Assembly (NCBI GenBank): GCA_963729895.1
Contig: CAVSQB010000005.1
Location: 224,001 to 288,000 of the forward strand
Direction of reading: 5' to 3'
Length of the DNA: 64,000 nt
Origin: an uncultured Fibrobacterota bacterium
Lineage (GTDB): Bacteria; Fibrobacterota; Chitinivibrionia; Chitinivibrionales; FEN-1185
Part shown: positions 29,362 to 39,313 of the stretch, one piece after another
How the letters are laid out: every line of letters begins with the position of its first letter
Position numbering within the stretch: the stretch's first letter is position 1
Program-made: the position numbers and the translations under genes
The notes under the pieces: model-generated
Databases searched by the model: none
What the model was told of the DNA's origin: nothing
The model's input: only the letters and a program-made list of their open reading frames with translations

Positions 29362-30828
29362 GTGATCATGCAACGTACGATGAGGATCTTGGCGCTCGCG
29401 ATGGCAATGACGATCGCGGCTTCACCAATGGCGCATTCGCAAACAATAGGGTTGGAACAGGTAATACGCGAAGTGTGCGCCAACAGCGATTCGGTGAAGA
29501 TGATGAAGGAGTCGGTGATCAGGGCCGATCAGATGGTGAGGGAAAATTGGTCGAACGCGCTGCCCGTGATTTCGGCAACCGGGTATGGCGCTCAAAGTTA
29601 CGGCTCTCTGTTCAGTGGAAGTGGAGGCGGGTCGAGCTCGTCGTCCCGATCTCTGGCCAAAGAGGCATCCACGTTCACTCCGGGAGACTCCGGTACGCTT
29701 GCGTATATTGAAAACGAGCTGACGCAATTTTCCTCTCTTGGCAATCCGCAGTCGGCGACGATTTACAGCGCAGGAATTTCGTTTTCGCAGCCGATATTCA
29801 CTTTCGGAAAGATCGGCACTGCAATAAAGGTTGCGCAGGAATTCAGCAAGTCCGCTCATTTGACCTATGCGAGAAATTTGCAGACCCTGCAGCTCACGGC
29901 ACTCGATATGTTCTTTACCACAGTCTACGCGGAAAAACTCAATGGAATTCATGAGCGTACTGTTGCCAGAAAAAAGGAATTATATGAATTTACAAATAGA
30001 AATTTCCAACTGGGGTCTGGAATTAGAGCAACGGTGTTGTCCGCAAAATCCGATTTCACAAAGGAAAACGCAAATTTGCTGAAGGCAAACCGTGACGCTC
30101 AGCAGAGCCGGATGTTTCTGAACTCTTTTATGGGACGGCCGCTCACCGACATGGTGCCGCTCGATACGTCCATGGAACTTCCGGGCCTCATGGCCACGGT
30201 GGTCCCTGACCCTGCGAAAGCCGTCGGAGTGGCGCTGGAAGGTCGTCCGGAACTCAAGTCGCTCAAGTTGTTCGCGGAGGCCACTGAGGGCGGCGCGAAA
30301 ATCTTTAAGGCGATGTACCTTCCGTCAATAGCGGCAACCGGGTCTGCCGGATGGTCCAAGTATGCGGGCAACCCTCTGTTTGCAAACAACGGCGCCGCAA
30401 ACTGGACACTGGGGGTCGGCGCGCAATGGACCCTGTTTGACGGATTTTCCAACAGTGCAAAAGCGCGCGAGTATCTTTCGGATGCCCATAAACTTGAAAT
30501 AGCATATGAGACGCTTTCAAAGGCCATTGAAATCGAAATGCGGTCCGATATCAGGGACTGCACTGTCTACGACAGTATGTACGAGTCCTCCAAGGAAGCA
30601 TACGCGTCCGCGCTCGAGAGCTATAACCTGACCAGTGACAATTTTAAAGCCGGCAGCGGCACGTTTTCCGACCTGAAGTTCGCCGACGAAAGCCTGCAGC
30701 AGGCCGAGGTCGGATTGATCCAGGCACGGTTCAACCAGATGAGAAGCAGGGCCGCGCTTTTGGTGGCCTTGGGAAACGACATCGTTCCGGTCAACGACAA
30801 ACGAAAACCCGATAAGGAGGAACAATGA
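29362..30828 (+). CDS. TolC-family outer membrane protein
   Basis: Signal peptide; SQPIFTFGK, RPEL, YLPSI, WTLFDGF repeats of the OEP domain. Confidence 0.85.
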   Translation: MIMQRTMRILALAMAMTIAASPMAHSQTIGLEQVIREVCANSDSVKMMKESVIRADQMVRENWSNALPVISATGYGAQSYGSLFSGSGGGSSSSSRSLAKEASTFTPGDSGTLAYIENELTQFSSLGNPQSATIYSAGISFSQPIFTFGKIGTAIKVAQEFSKSAHLTYARNLQTLQLTALDMFFTTVYAEKLNGIHERTVARKKELYEFTNRNFQLGSGIRATVLSAKSDFTKENANLLKANRDAQQSRMFLNSFMGRPLTDMVPLDTSMELPGLMATVVPDPAKAVGVALEGRPELKSLKLFAEATEGGAKIFKAMYLPSIAATGSAGWSKYAGNPLFANNGAANWTLGVGAQWTLFDGFSNSAKAREYLSDAHKLEIAYETLSKAIEIEMRSDIRDCTVYDSMYESSKEAYASALESYNLTSDNFKAGSGTFSDLKFADESLQQAEVGLIQARFNQMRSRAALLVALGNDIVPVNDKRKPDKEEQ

Positions 30829-31892
30829 AATCGCTCCAAAGTAAATCGCACATCGTCCTTACCGTCAGTTTGTTTCTCATGTTTCTACTGATGGGCGCCA
30901 GGTGCGGGTCCGAAACCAAGAAGACCCCGGGTGATGCGGGGAAACAGCCTTCCGATTCCGCTGCTGTCAAGGTTGTGGTTGCCGTAGTCAATGAAAGCGC
31001 CTTTGACGACTGGGGCAGCTACTCCGCGGACCTGCGCGGCATCGAAGACGCAAGCCTCATTGCCCCGGCCCAGGGCGGACGTGTCAATTCTCTCAAGCCT
31101 GTGGGCACGCGTTTCAAGACCGGCGATGCGTTGTGCGACATCGACGGCGACAAGTACGGTGCGGCGCTGGAGGCGGCCAAAGCCCAGGTGGAAGTGGCCA
31201 AAGGCGATCTCGAACGGGCTAAGGCCAACGTTGAAAACGGTTCTGTCGGCCGCGCGGCGCTCGACGGGGCGAACCTTGCATTCCAGAACGGCCGCATGCT
31301 GCTTGCAACTGCCCGGCGCGCATACGAGGACTGCCAGTGCCAGGCGCCTTTCGACGGCATCCTGGTGAGCCGGAACATCGAAAAATTCCAAACGGTTGCG
31401 CCGGGCGTGCCCACCGTGCGTGTGTCGCGCGTCGACCGGCTCGAAGCGGACATCGCGATACCGGAAGCCGAAGCGTTTGGGTACGAAGAGGGAATGAAGG
31501 CCGAATTCCGGCTTCTCCAGCATCCCGAGCTCTCGTTTGAAGGCAGGCTTATGAGCCTGGACCGCGCCGTTGACACGAAGTCGCGGACCGTAACGGCGCG
31601 CATCGAGTTGACCAACCGCGACCGAATGCTCAAACCGGGCATGGTGGGCCGCGCGAGCATTTTGCGGCACCGGTATGCCCACGCCATTGTGGTTCCGTCA
31701 GCCGCACTGGTTCGTTTGCAAAACGGAATTTGCGCCATGGTCGTCGAAAACGGCGTGGCCCGTCAGCGGAAGATTTTGATCGGAGCGACCAACGAGGACA
31801 GTTCGCTTATAAAGGACGGCCTTCATGACGGCGACAAGCTCGTGGTGACCGGCGCCTTTCAGGTGAGCGACGGGACAAAGGTTTCGTACTAA
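30825..31892 (+). CDS. RND periplasmic adaptor subunit
   Basis: QAPFDG, DRAVDTKSRT, LKPGM.G, VVPSAA, GL..GDKLVVTG. Confidence 0.88.
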   Translation: MKSLQSKSHIVLTVSLFLMFLLMGARCGSETKKTPGDAGKQPSDSAAVKVVVAVVNESAFDDWGSYSADLRGIEDASLIAPAQGGRVNSLKPVGTRFKTGDALCDIDGDKYGAALEAAKAQVEVAKGDLERAKANVENGSVGRAALDGANLAFQNGRMLLATARRAYEDCQCQAPFDGILVSRNIEKFQTVAPGVPTVRVSRVDRLEADIAIPEAEAFGYEEGMKAEFRLLQHPELSFEGRLMSLDRAVDTKSRTVTARIELTNRDRMLKPGMVGRASILRHRYAHAIVVPSAALVRLQNGICAMVVENGVARQRKILIGATNEDSSLIKDGLHDGDKLVVTGAFQVSDGTKVSY

Positions 31893-31921
31893 GATTTTTG
31901 TGTGAATGATTGATTCCTGTT

Positions 31922-31959
31922 CCCCCTCTCCCAGTGGGAGAGGAGGCCAGGGGGTGAGG
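31922..31959. repeat. REP-like intergenic palindrome (CCCTCTCCC..GGGAGAGG..GGGGTGAGG type)
   Basis: CCCCCTCTCCCAGTGGGAGAGGAGGCCAGGGGGTGAGG between the adaptor and permease genes. Confidence 0.55.
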
Positions 31960-32027
31960 TCGCCCCGCAGAGGCGGAAATTTCGCCGTCCATCGTTTGCG
32001 AAACGCATGGTTTAAGGAGAAAACGAC

Positions 32028-35000
32028 ATGACCAAATTTGCTTTGAAGAACCCGGTGTCTGTGATCGTTCTGGCCGTGCTCCTTTTCATCACCGGTCTGA
32101 TGAGCTTCACAAGCATGCGCCGGGAGTCTTTCCCCGAAATCAAGATTCCGTATATCTACGTGACCACCGTGTACGCCGGCGCAAACCCGCCCGAGGTGGA
32201 AAACCTCATCACACAGAAGATCGAAGACAAACTCGACGGGGTCGACGGGGTCAAGGAGATGACGAGCTCGAGCAACGAGGGCTTTTCCAACATCTTCCTG
32301 GAATTCGAGCCCACGGTCAAGGTGGAGGATGCGCTACGACGCGTCAAGGACAAGGTCGATCAGGCCAAAGGAGATCTGCCCATCGACGCCGAAGAACCCA
32401 TTACCCAGGAATTGAATATCAGTTCTATTCCGGTCGTCAACATCGCGCTGTATTCCGACTACGATCTGGAACGCCTCGAATCGCTCGCCGACAACCTCAA
32501 GGACCGCATGGCGAGGATCCCAGGCGTTTTGGAGGCCAAGGTCCAAGGCAAGCGGGACAAGGAAATCGCCGTCGACGTCGATCCGGCGCTTCTGGAGCAG
32601 TACGGATTGACTTTATCGGACATTTCCAAGGCTATATCCACCCAACACGTAAACGTGCCGGGTGGCACCATGATCGCGTCCGGGTTCCGCTTTTCCATAC
32701 GGGTCACGGGCGAACTCACCGACCCCTCGCAGTTTAACGACCTGATTGTGCGCTCGGTGAACAACAAGATGATCCGGGTCAAAGACGTGGCGCATGTCGC
32801 GTTCACCTACACACGAGACCGGCAGTCCATCTCGCGCACAAACGGCAAGCCATCGCTCACCTTGACTGTAGCGAAGAGAACGGGCGAGGACATCGTGCGG
32901 ATCGTGGACGAGGCGAAAGCCATTCTTGACGAAGACAAGACGCACTGGCCGGCTGGAACCCATTACGAAATCACCTACGACATGTCGAAGGACATCCGCC
33001 AGATGGTGGACGAGCTGCAGAACCACCTGCTCATGGGCATCATTCTCGTGCTGCTGGTGCTCAGTTTTTTCCTTGGCGTGCGCAATTCGCTCTTCATCTC
33101 CACGGCCATCCCGTTTTCCATGGCAATGGGTTTCATTGCCCTGAGCTACATGGGCGTCACGCTCAACATGGTCGTATTGTTCTCGCTTGTCATGGTCCTG
33201 GGCATGCTGGTTGACGACGGCATCGTGGTTGTGGAAAACATCTATCGGCATCTGGGCATGGGAAAAAGCCGTTTTCAGGCCGCGCTCGACGGCACCAGAG
33301 AAGTAATGGTGCCGGTGTTCACGGCCACGCTCACCACGGTGGCGGCATTCACGCCGGTGCTGTTCATGCCGGGCATCATGGGTGAATTCATGAAATATCT
33401 GCCGATCACCGTCAGTATCACCTTATCCGGCTCCCTATTTGTCGCGTTTGTTTTTAACCCGGTGTTCGCTTCTCTCACCATGACCAACCGGGATGCACAC
33501 AAGCTGGAAGGCGGTGAAAAAACCGGGTTCGAGCGGTTCAAGGACCTGTACCGAAACCTTTTGCACCGCGTCCTGAACCACCCGTGGTTGCTTGCGATCT
33601 TATGTCTCCTGTTTGTGATCTCAGGAATTTTCATGTACGGGAAATTTGGACCCGGCGTGGTGTTTTTCCCGGTGATCGAGCCGGATGTCGCGTCGGTCCA
33701 GATCGAGGGTCCCATATCGCAGGACATTGCGATCACCGACTCCGTCATCAGGACTCCCGAGCGCATCGCCATGACCATGCCCGGCAGCTTCGCTTCCGTC
33801 AAGACCATCAGCACCATCGTCGGCTCTGGCAAGTCATCCCGGATGACGAGCAGCCAAGTCGAAAGCAACAAAGGGTACATCGACATCGTGTTCAAAGATT
33901 TCGAGGAACGGATGGTGTCGTCGTACAAAACCATGACGTGGCTGGAAGACACGCTTCCCCAGCTTGTGCCCGGCTGGAAACTGCAGGTCATCAAACAGGC
34001 AATGGGCCCTCCGACCGGAAAACCCGTGGAACTTGAGGTGAGCGGCGACGATTATAATCAACTGAGCCAGCTCGCCGACACGTTGCTGAATCTGGTACGA
34101 GAGGTTCCCGGTTTGACAAACGTCATAACCGATTACGACCCGGCGCGGCCGGAGATACGCGTTAACGTCGACCGGGAACAGGCCAAACTGCTGGGATTCT
34201 CCACGCTCGACGTCGCCTCGGCCGTGCGCGGCGCGATTTACGGAAACGAAGCGGGGAAGTACCGGGTGGGCAAGGATGAATACAAGATTATGGTGCGGCT
34301 CGCACCGGAAATCCGGGAAGACCTCAACGGCCTTAATGAGATCGTCATTTCCAAGGACAACAAAGAGGCGCCGCTGACGAGCGTGGCCACCATCACCCAG
34401 GGTGCCAATATTCTGTCCATCAAGCACGTTGACGGCAAACGCACGGTGCTGGTCACGGCGGAACTTGCGCCGGGCCAGAAAGACGAGCAGGGACCCAAAA
34501 GACTGGCAATGGCAGCGGTCAGAAAAGTGAGGCCGCCGCTCGGGTACACCGTCCGGCCGGGAAGCGGCAACCGCATGCAGGCGGAATCGCAGGCCTTTCT
34601 TGTCAAAGCATTTTTAGTGGCAATGGGTCTTGTGTTTCTCACCATGGTGTTCCAGTTCAATTCGCTGTTTCAGCCGTTTCTGATTCTTTTCGGAATATTG
34701 CTTTCTCTGGGCGGCGTCTTCTGGGGGCTCCTGATCACTAACAAGATTAGCGCGTTTGTCAATCTATTGACGGGAGGCAGGGCGGATCTGCGCGACGTGA
34801 CGTTCGCCATCCTCATGAGCGGCGTTGGCATCATCGCACTTGCGGGCGTGGTTGCGAAAAACGGCATCGTGCTTATTGACTTCATGAACAGGCTCAGGAA
34901 GAGCGGTCGCCCGCTCCGTGAGGCGGTTATCGAGGGAGGGGCCACGCGTTTGCGCCCTGTCCTTCTCACGGCAATCACAGCCATGATCGGGCTGCTGCCG

Positions 35001-35213
35001 ATCGCGACGGGCGTGGGGCTCGATTTTATCCACCTTGGAGTCGTGACGCGCTCCGAAACCACCCAATGGTGGGCGCCAATGGCATGGGCTATCTTCTGGG
35101 GTCTGCTCTTTAACACCCTTCTGGTGCTGATAGTGACCCCCACATTCTACTATGCATGGGAACATTGGCGGGCAAAATCGCGTGCGAGGAAGAACCCGTC
35201 TCCAAGCGCGTGA
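32028..35213 (+). CDS. RND permease (AcrB/AcrD/AcrF family)
   Basis: RESFPEIKIP, GMLVDDGIVVVENIYRH, GVVAKNGIVLID, RLRPVLLTA. Confidence 0.92.
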   Translation: MTKFALKNPVSVIVLAVLLFITGLMSFTSMRRESFPEIKIPYIYVTTVYAGANPPEVENLITQKIEDKLDGVDGVKEMTSSSNEGFSNIFLEFEPTVKVEDALRRVKDKVDQAKGDLPIDAEEPITQELNISSIPVVNIALYSDYDLERLESLADNLKDRMARIPGVLEAKVQGKRDKEIAVDVDPALLEQYGLTLSDISKAISTQHVNVPGGTMIASGFRFSIRVTGELTDPSQFNDLIVRSVNNKMIRVKDVAHVAFTYTRDRQSISRTNGKPSLTLTVAKRTGEDIVRIVDEAKAILDEDKTHWPAGTHYEITYDMSKDIRQMVDELQNHLLMGIILVLLVLSFFLGVRNSLFISTAIPFSMAMGFIALSYMGVTLNMVVLFSLVMVLGMLVDDGIVVVENIYRHLGMGKSRFQAALDGTREVMVPVFTATLTTVAAFTPVLFMPGIMGEFMKYLPITVSITLSGSLFVAFVFNPVFASLTMTNRDAHKLEGGEKTGFERFKDLYRNLLHRVLNHPWLLAILCLLFVISGIFMYGKFGPGVVFFPVIEPDVASVQIEGPISQDIAITDSVIRTPERIAMTMPGSFASVKTISTIVGSGKSSRMTSSQVESNKGYIDIVFKDFEERMVSSYKTMTWLEDTLPQLVPGWKLQVIKQAMGPPTGKPVELEVSGDDYNQLSQLADTLLNLVREVPGLTNVITDYDPARPEIRVNVDREQAKLLGFSTLDVASAVRGAIYGNEAGKYRVGKDEYKIMVRLAPEIREDLNGLNEIVISKDNKEAPLTSVATITQGANILSIKHVDGKRTVLVTAELAPGQKDEQGPKRLAMAAVRKVRPPLGYTVRPGSGNRMQAESQAFLVKAFLVAMGLVFLTMVFQFNSLFQPFLILFGILLSLGGVFWGLLITNKISAFVNLLTGGRADLRDVTFAILMSGVGIIALAGVVAKNGIVLIDFMNRLRKSGRPLREAVIEGGATRLRPVLLTAITAMIGLLPIATGVGLDFIHLGVVTRSETTQWWAPMAWAIFWGLLFNTLLVLIVTPTFYYAWEHWRAKSRARKNPSPSA

Positions 35214-35398
35214 TTTTTTTGCCGCCAGGTTTTCGGGCGCGACACGCGTAGGCTTGCTTGCAGATTACCAAAGCTGCTTAGCTTGCCGTGATTTAACGTC
35301 CGTTCTGTGCCGTCCAACCGATTGAAAAAGCTTCAGGGACGATGTATTTTGGTTCGGGAAAACTGCCGGGAAACATCTGAACGGAAGGGTGTTTGCGT

Positions 35399-35629
35399 AT
35401 GCGTACGGTACGTGCCGGTATTGTCGTAGCCGCCGCACTTGTATTTGCAAACTGCGTTGCCACTGTTCCGCCTCCGCCTCCTCCGGTGGTGGTGGTGCCT
35501 CCACGGCCAAGCGATGCTGCCGTATGGGTTCCGGGCCACTACAAGTGGAAACCGTGGATGCGCAGGTACGAATGGATCCCGGGGCACTGGAAAATGAGAA
35601 GGGGTCGGGTCTGGATAGTCGTTCCATAA
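35399..35629 (+). CDS. Small proline-rich lipoprotein with WxxGxW (YXWGXW-like) repeats
   Basis: Lipobox FANC, PPPPPP, WVPGHYKW and WIPGHW repeats. Confidence 0.7.
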   Translation: MRTVRAGIVVAAALVFANCVATVPPPPPPVVVVPPRPSDAAVWVPGHYKWKPWMRRYEWIPGHWKMRRGRVWIVVP

Positions 35630-35746
35630 TCCGATTGGAATTTGCACGCGGCTCCCACATTGTCAGTCTTGTCCGTCAACGCCTTCAGGGCATCTGACTA
35701 ATGGGGCAAAACGGATCTATCGTGAAGGTGAACAAAGGGTCGTCTG

Positions 35747-37180
35747 ATGGCCAAAGTTCTCTTTGTTGAGCCGCCGCCGACGCTCGGCTGGACAGTGGGA
35801 TCCAGGGTGTCCAAGGCCGGCAGGCGCCACCCATGCCTCAATGAAACTGGCGAGCAGGTTTACAGTTACCAGAATCTCTCCTGTGCGGCCGTGCTCAGAA
35901 ATGCCGGTCATGCCGTCGAATATCTCCACTGCCCCACGCAGCGGCTCGACCTCTCCGCAACAAAACAGGAAATTACAAAGAGACGGCCCGATATGGTCGT
36001 CATTATGGTGGAGCACATCAATGCGTCGGTGGCATGGGAGATAAGCCGGCACGCCAAGGACGCTGCCGTGGCCGTGGTCTGGGTCGGGCCGTTTGCCACC
36101 GCACTTCACCAAAACGAAATAAAACGCGCCTGCGCCGATTATATCCTGCGCAAAGAGTGGGACTATTCCGTTGGACGGCTTCTTGATGCGCTTGGGAGCG
36201 GGAAGGACCTTGCCGGAGTCGGGGGACTCACCTGGAAAGACAGGTCCGGCGCTGTGCGCGTGAACGAGGATGACGACCCAATAGCGGACATGGACGCCCT
36301 TCCCATTCCGGCGTACGATCTTCTCGACCTGAGCAAATTTTATGAAAGCGTGTTCGTTGCGTTTCCGGCCGCCACCATGATCACCTCCCGCGGCTGTCCG
36401 TTCAACTGCATCTTCTGCTCCTACCCCCAGACCATTTACGGGCACGCATACCGGGCGATGTCGCCCGGCAGGGTGGTGCGCGAAATTGAATACCTTGTCC
36501 ACGAATTGGGCGTCAGGGAAATCCGCATCGACGACGACACGTTCAACATCGACAGCCGGCGGGTCATTGACATTTGCAAACTCCTGGTGGAACGCTGCGT
36601 GCCGGTGCTGTATTCGGTGCAGGCCCGTGCCCAGCTCATGACCGACGAAATGGCCCACTGGCTCAAGAAGTCGGGTTGCCGCATGGTCCTGTACGGCGTG
36701 GAATCGGGCAACGAGGAAGTGCTTGCTCACATGCGCAAGAAGACCACCAAAGACGAGATCCGGCGCGGCGTGGCTATCGCCAAGAAGCACGGCATCGACG
36801 TGCTCAATTGCATTATGCTCGGGTTCTATTGGGACACCAAAGAAACCATGGAAGAATCCGTGAGGTTCGCGTTCGAGCTGAACGCGGAATTTACGCAGGT
36901 GTCCGCGCCAACGCCCTTGCCCGGCACCGATTATTACAGGTTGCTCAAGGACAATAATTGTCTGGTGACGGAAGAATGGGACAAGCACGACAGCGTGCAC
37001 CATTCGGCGGTGGAACTGCCTCATCTGTCAAACGATGTTATCAACCGTTACCTGTCCGCGTTCTACCGCCGGTATTACCGGAGGCCCGAATATCTCCTGA
37101 TGATGCTTGTGCGTTCCTTCCGGTCGTGGGGCAACTTCACGCAGAGCCTGCGCAAATGCAGTGTACTCTTCACAAAGTAG
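35747..37180 (+). CDS. B12-binding radical SAM protein (HpnJ/BchE-like superfamily)
   Basis: N-terminal B12-binding-like region; SRGCPFNCIFC, IDDDTF, YGVESG, TPLPGT. Confidence 0.85.
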   Translation: MAKVLFVEPPPTLGWTVGSRVSKAGRRHPCLNETGEQVYSYQNLSCAAVLRNAGHAVEYLHCPTQRLDLSATKQEITKRRPDMVVIMVEHINASVAWEISRHAKDAAVAVVWVGPFATALHQNEIKRACADYILRKEWDYSVGRLLDALGSGKDLAGVGGLTWKDRSGAVRVNEDDDPIADMDALPIPAYDLLDLSKFYESVFVAFPAATMITSRGCPFNCIFCSYPQTIYGHAYRAMSPGRVVREIEYLVHELGVREIRIDDDTFNIDSRRVIDICKLLVERCVPVLYSVQARAQLMTDEMAHWLKKSGCRMVLYGVESGNEEVLAHMRKKTTKDEIRRGVAIAKKHGIDVLNCIMLGFYWDTKETMEESVRFAFELNAEFTQVSAPTPLPGTDYYRLLKDNNCLVTEEWDKHDSVHHSAVELPHLSNDVINRYLSAFYRRYYRRPEYLLMMLVRSFRSWGNFTQSLRKCSVLFTK

Positions 37181-37235
37181 ACGTCCCGCGACTTCCTGGT
37201 TTCGGCGTGTGTGGCCCGACGAGCGTGTTGGTTGT

Positions 37236-37264
37236 TTGACACATCGAGCCGCGTAGAGTATAAT
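37236..37264 (+). promoter_or_regulatory. Consensus sigma-70 promoter for the kinase gene
   Basis: TTGACA (37236-41), 17-bp spacer, TATAAT (37259-64). Confidence 0.8.
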
Positions 37265-37330
37265 CACAGAGCGCGCCCGACCTCACACGGACCGCTCGCA
37301 AAGAATTCAAAGCCCGGGACAGCCTGACTC

Positions 37331-39286
37331 ATGCCGTTTACGCTCAAAGACTATTCCGACATCAAGGAGCTCGCCAAGGGCGGCATGAGCAGGATTTACC
37401 TTGCCACGCAGATCTCACTCAACCGTAAAGTTGTCATAAAGGAAATGGCCGCCGGTCTCGTTACCACGAAAAACGAAATCAAACGGTTCGAAAACGAGGC
37501 GCAGGCGGGCGCATCGCTCTCCCACGACAATATCATCAGAATCTACGATTTCGGCGAAGAGAAGGGGTCGTTCTACATCGCAATGGAGTTTGTTGACGGA
37601 TTGGACCTCGATCAGCTGCTGAAACAGGAGGACTTTCCCAGGGAAATCGGGATGATGATTCTGCAGCAGGCGCTGAAAGGCCTGGCCTATGCCCACGAAC
37701 ACGCCGTTGTTCACCGCGATGTAAAGGCGGCCAATATCCTGGTGGCTCGCAGCGGCGCCGTAAAGGTGGTTGATTTCGGACTTGCCTACGCGGGCGCGCG
37801 ATCGGCTCAGCTGACGTCCACGGGGGCAATTGTCGGAACGCCGGTGTACATGTCACCCGAACTTGTGAACGGCGAAGAAACCAAAGACGCCTGCATGGAT
37901 ATCTGGGCCGCCGGCGTGCTGCTCTATCGGCTGGTTACCGGGGAGTTTCCATTTACAGGAGAGAATGTCCCCTCCACGCTTATCACCATCGTCCAGAACA
38001 AGGAAAAACCCGCGGAAGAACTCGACAAGACGTTGCCGCACTTTCTTGCCGAGCAACTTCACGCCTGTCTGGAAAAAGACCATGCCAAACGGCTTCCCGC
38101 CTTCATGCCGCTGATCCAAGCGCTGCAGGATTATTTTTTCGAACTTGGCGTCCGCGATCCGATTGACATGATAAAGAAATACCTCTCCGACAAGGGCTCG
38201 GCGATGGATGAGCTGCAATCGCTCCTTGTCCGGTATCACCGGAGCAAGGGGGACGAATTCTCCAGGGCTGGGAAATATGCTACGGCGCTTGCACACTATA
38301 AGGAGGCCCGAAAGCGCGATCCGAAAAGCGCGGAGCTTGCCCGGCTCGTCCGGTCTTTGGAAGAGCATTTTGCCGACACGTTGACCACCAGGACCGCAAA
38401 GGTTGGGGAATACGTGATGACCGAGGTTCGCGCGAGGAAAAGGGGTGGAAAGCGGCGACGATTTGTTGCCTGGAGCGTGGCGGTTTGTACGACGATGGTG
38501 GCTGCGGGCCTGGCAGCTATTTACTTATGGCAACCAGGACCCGTGGAGAAAGCGTTCGAACGGATCATCGCGCCCGCGGTGGGCCGTGTTGCAGACGCTA
38601 TCCGCGAAAAGCTTGACTCGCGCGTATCGCCGGCGCCTGCGGCTCACGGTGCTGTTCGGGACCCCGACACTGGAGCGGACAAAATGCGGGCGCGCTTGCA
38701 GGCCGGCAACGTCTCTTTGACGGACAACGGTACCGCTCAGCCCAGTCCGGAGACGTCTTCGGATTCCGGTGTGCGGGTTCGCGCGCTGCCCGTAAAGGAC
38801 AGCACAGGGCTACGGGCGAAGGCGGCTGTAGAACCCCAAGGTCTTGTGCGGGTGCTGGTGAATCCGGTTTACGCAGAGGTAAAAATAGACAATGGGGAAA
38901 CCATGACGCTCGATCAGAGAAGCGATGGCGAATTGTTTGGAACGGGCGTGCATCAGTTCACCGCGTCTGCCGAGGGATTTGCGTCCATTACCGACACCGT
39001 TACGGTAGCCGGCAACGACACGCATTTCGTGATGCTCAACCTTATGCCGGGGGAACGGAAATCCGGCGAGCTTGTGATATATTCCGATATGACATCCGAG
39101 ATGTACGTTGACGGAGAATTTAAGGGAAACACGCCCACCACGGCGCCCCTTGTCCTGCGCGAGGGACAGCACACCGTTGTATTCAAGCGTCCCGGATACA
39201 AGCCTTACGAAAAGTCAATTTATATAAAGTCCGGTGAAACGAGCGAGATAAAGGTGGAATCCGGAGCAAAGAAACCCGGGGAATGA
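37331..39286 (+). CDS. Hanks-type Ser/Thr protein kinase with TM segment and C-terminal PEGA domains
   Basis: KGGM, VVIK, HRDVKAANIL, DFG, GTPVYMSPE; TM ~aa 378-400; MYVDGEFKGNTP..GQHTVVFKRPGY (PEGA). Confidence 0.9.
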   Translation: MPFTLKDYSDIKELAKGGMSRIYLATQISLNRKVVIKEMAAGLVTTKNEIKRFENEAQAGASLSHDNIIRIYDFGEEKGSFYIAMEFVDGLDLDQLLKQEDFPREIGMMILQQALKGLAYAHEHAVVHRDVKAANILVARSGAVKVVDFGLAYAGARSAQLTSTGAIVGTPVYMSPELVNGEETKDACMDIWAAGVLLYRLVTGEFPFTGENVPSTLITIVQNKEKPAEELDKTLPHFLAEQLHACLEKDHAKRLPAFMPLIQALQDYFFELGVRDPIDMIKKYLSDKGSAMDELQSLLVRYHRSKGDEFSRAGKYATALAHYKEARKRDPKSAELARLVRSLEEHFADTLTTRTAKVGEYVMTEVRARKRGGKRRRFVAWSVAVCTTMVAAGLAAIYLWQPGPVEKAFERIIAPAVGRVADAIREKLDSRVSPAPAAHGAVRDPDTGADKMRARLQAGNVSLTDNGTAQPSPETSSDSGVRVRALPVKDSTGLRAKAAVEPQGLVRVLVNPVYAEVKIDNGETMTLDQRSDGELFGTGVHQFTASAEGFASITDTVTVAGNDTHFVMLNLMPGERKSGELVIYSDMTSEMYVDGEFKGNTPTTAPLVLREGQHTVVFKRPGYKPYEKSIYIKSGETSEIKVESGAKKPGE

Positions 39287-39313
39287 TTTCGGGAACGCGC
39301 CCGATGTCACCCG

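Noticed and set aside
35214..35746. Possible c-di-GMP riboswitch in the spacers (GGGCAAA, GGAAAC words)
   Set aside because: The required paired elements are not present.
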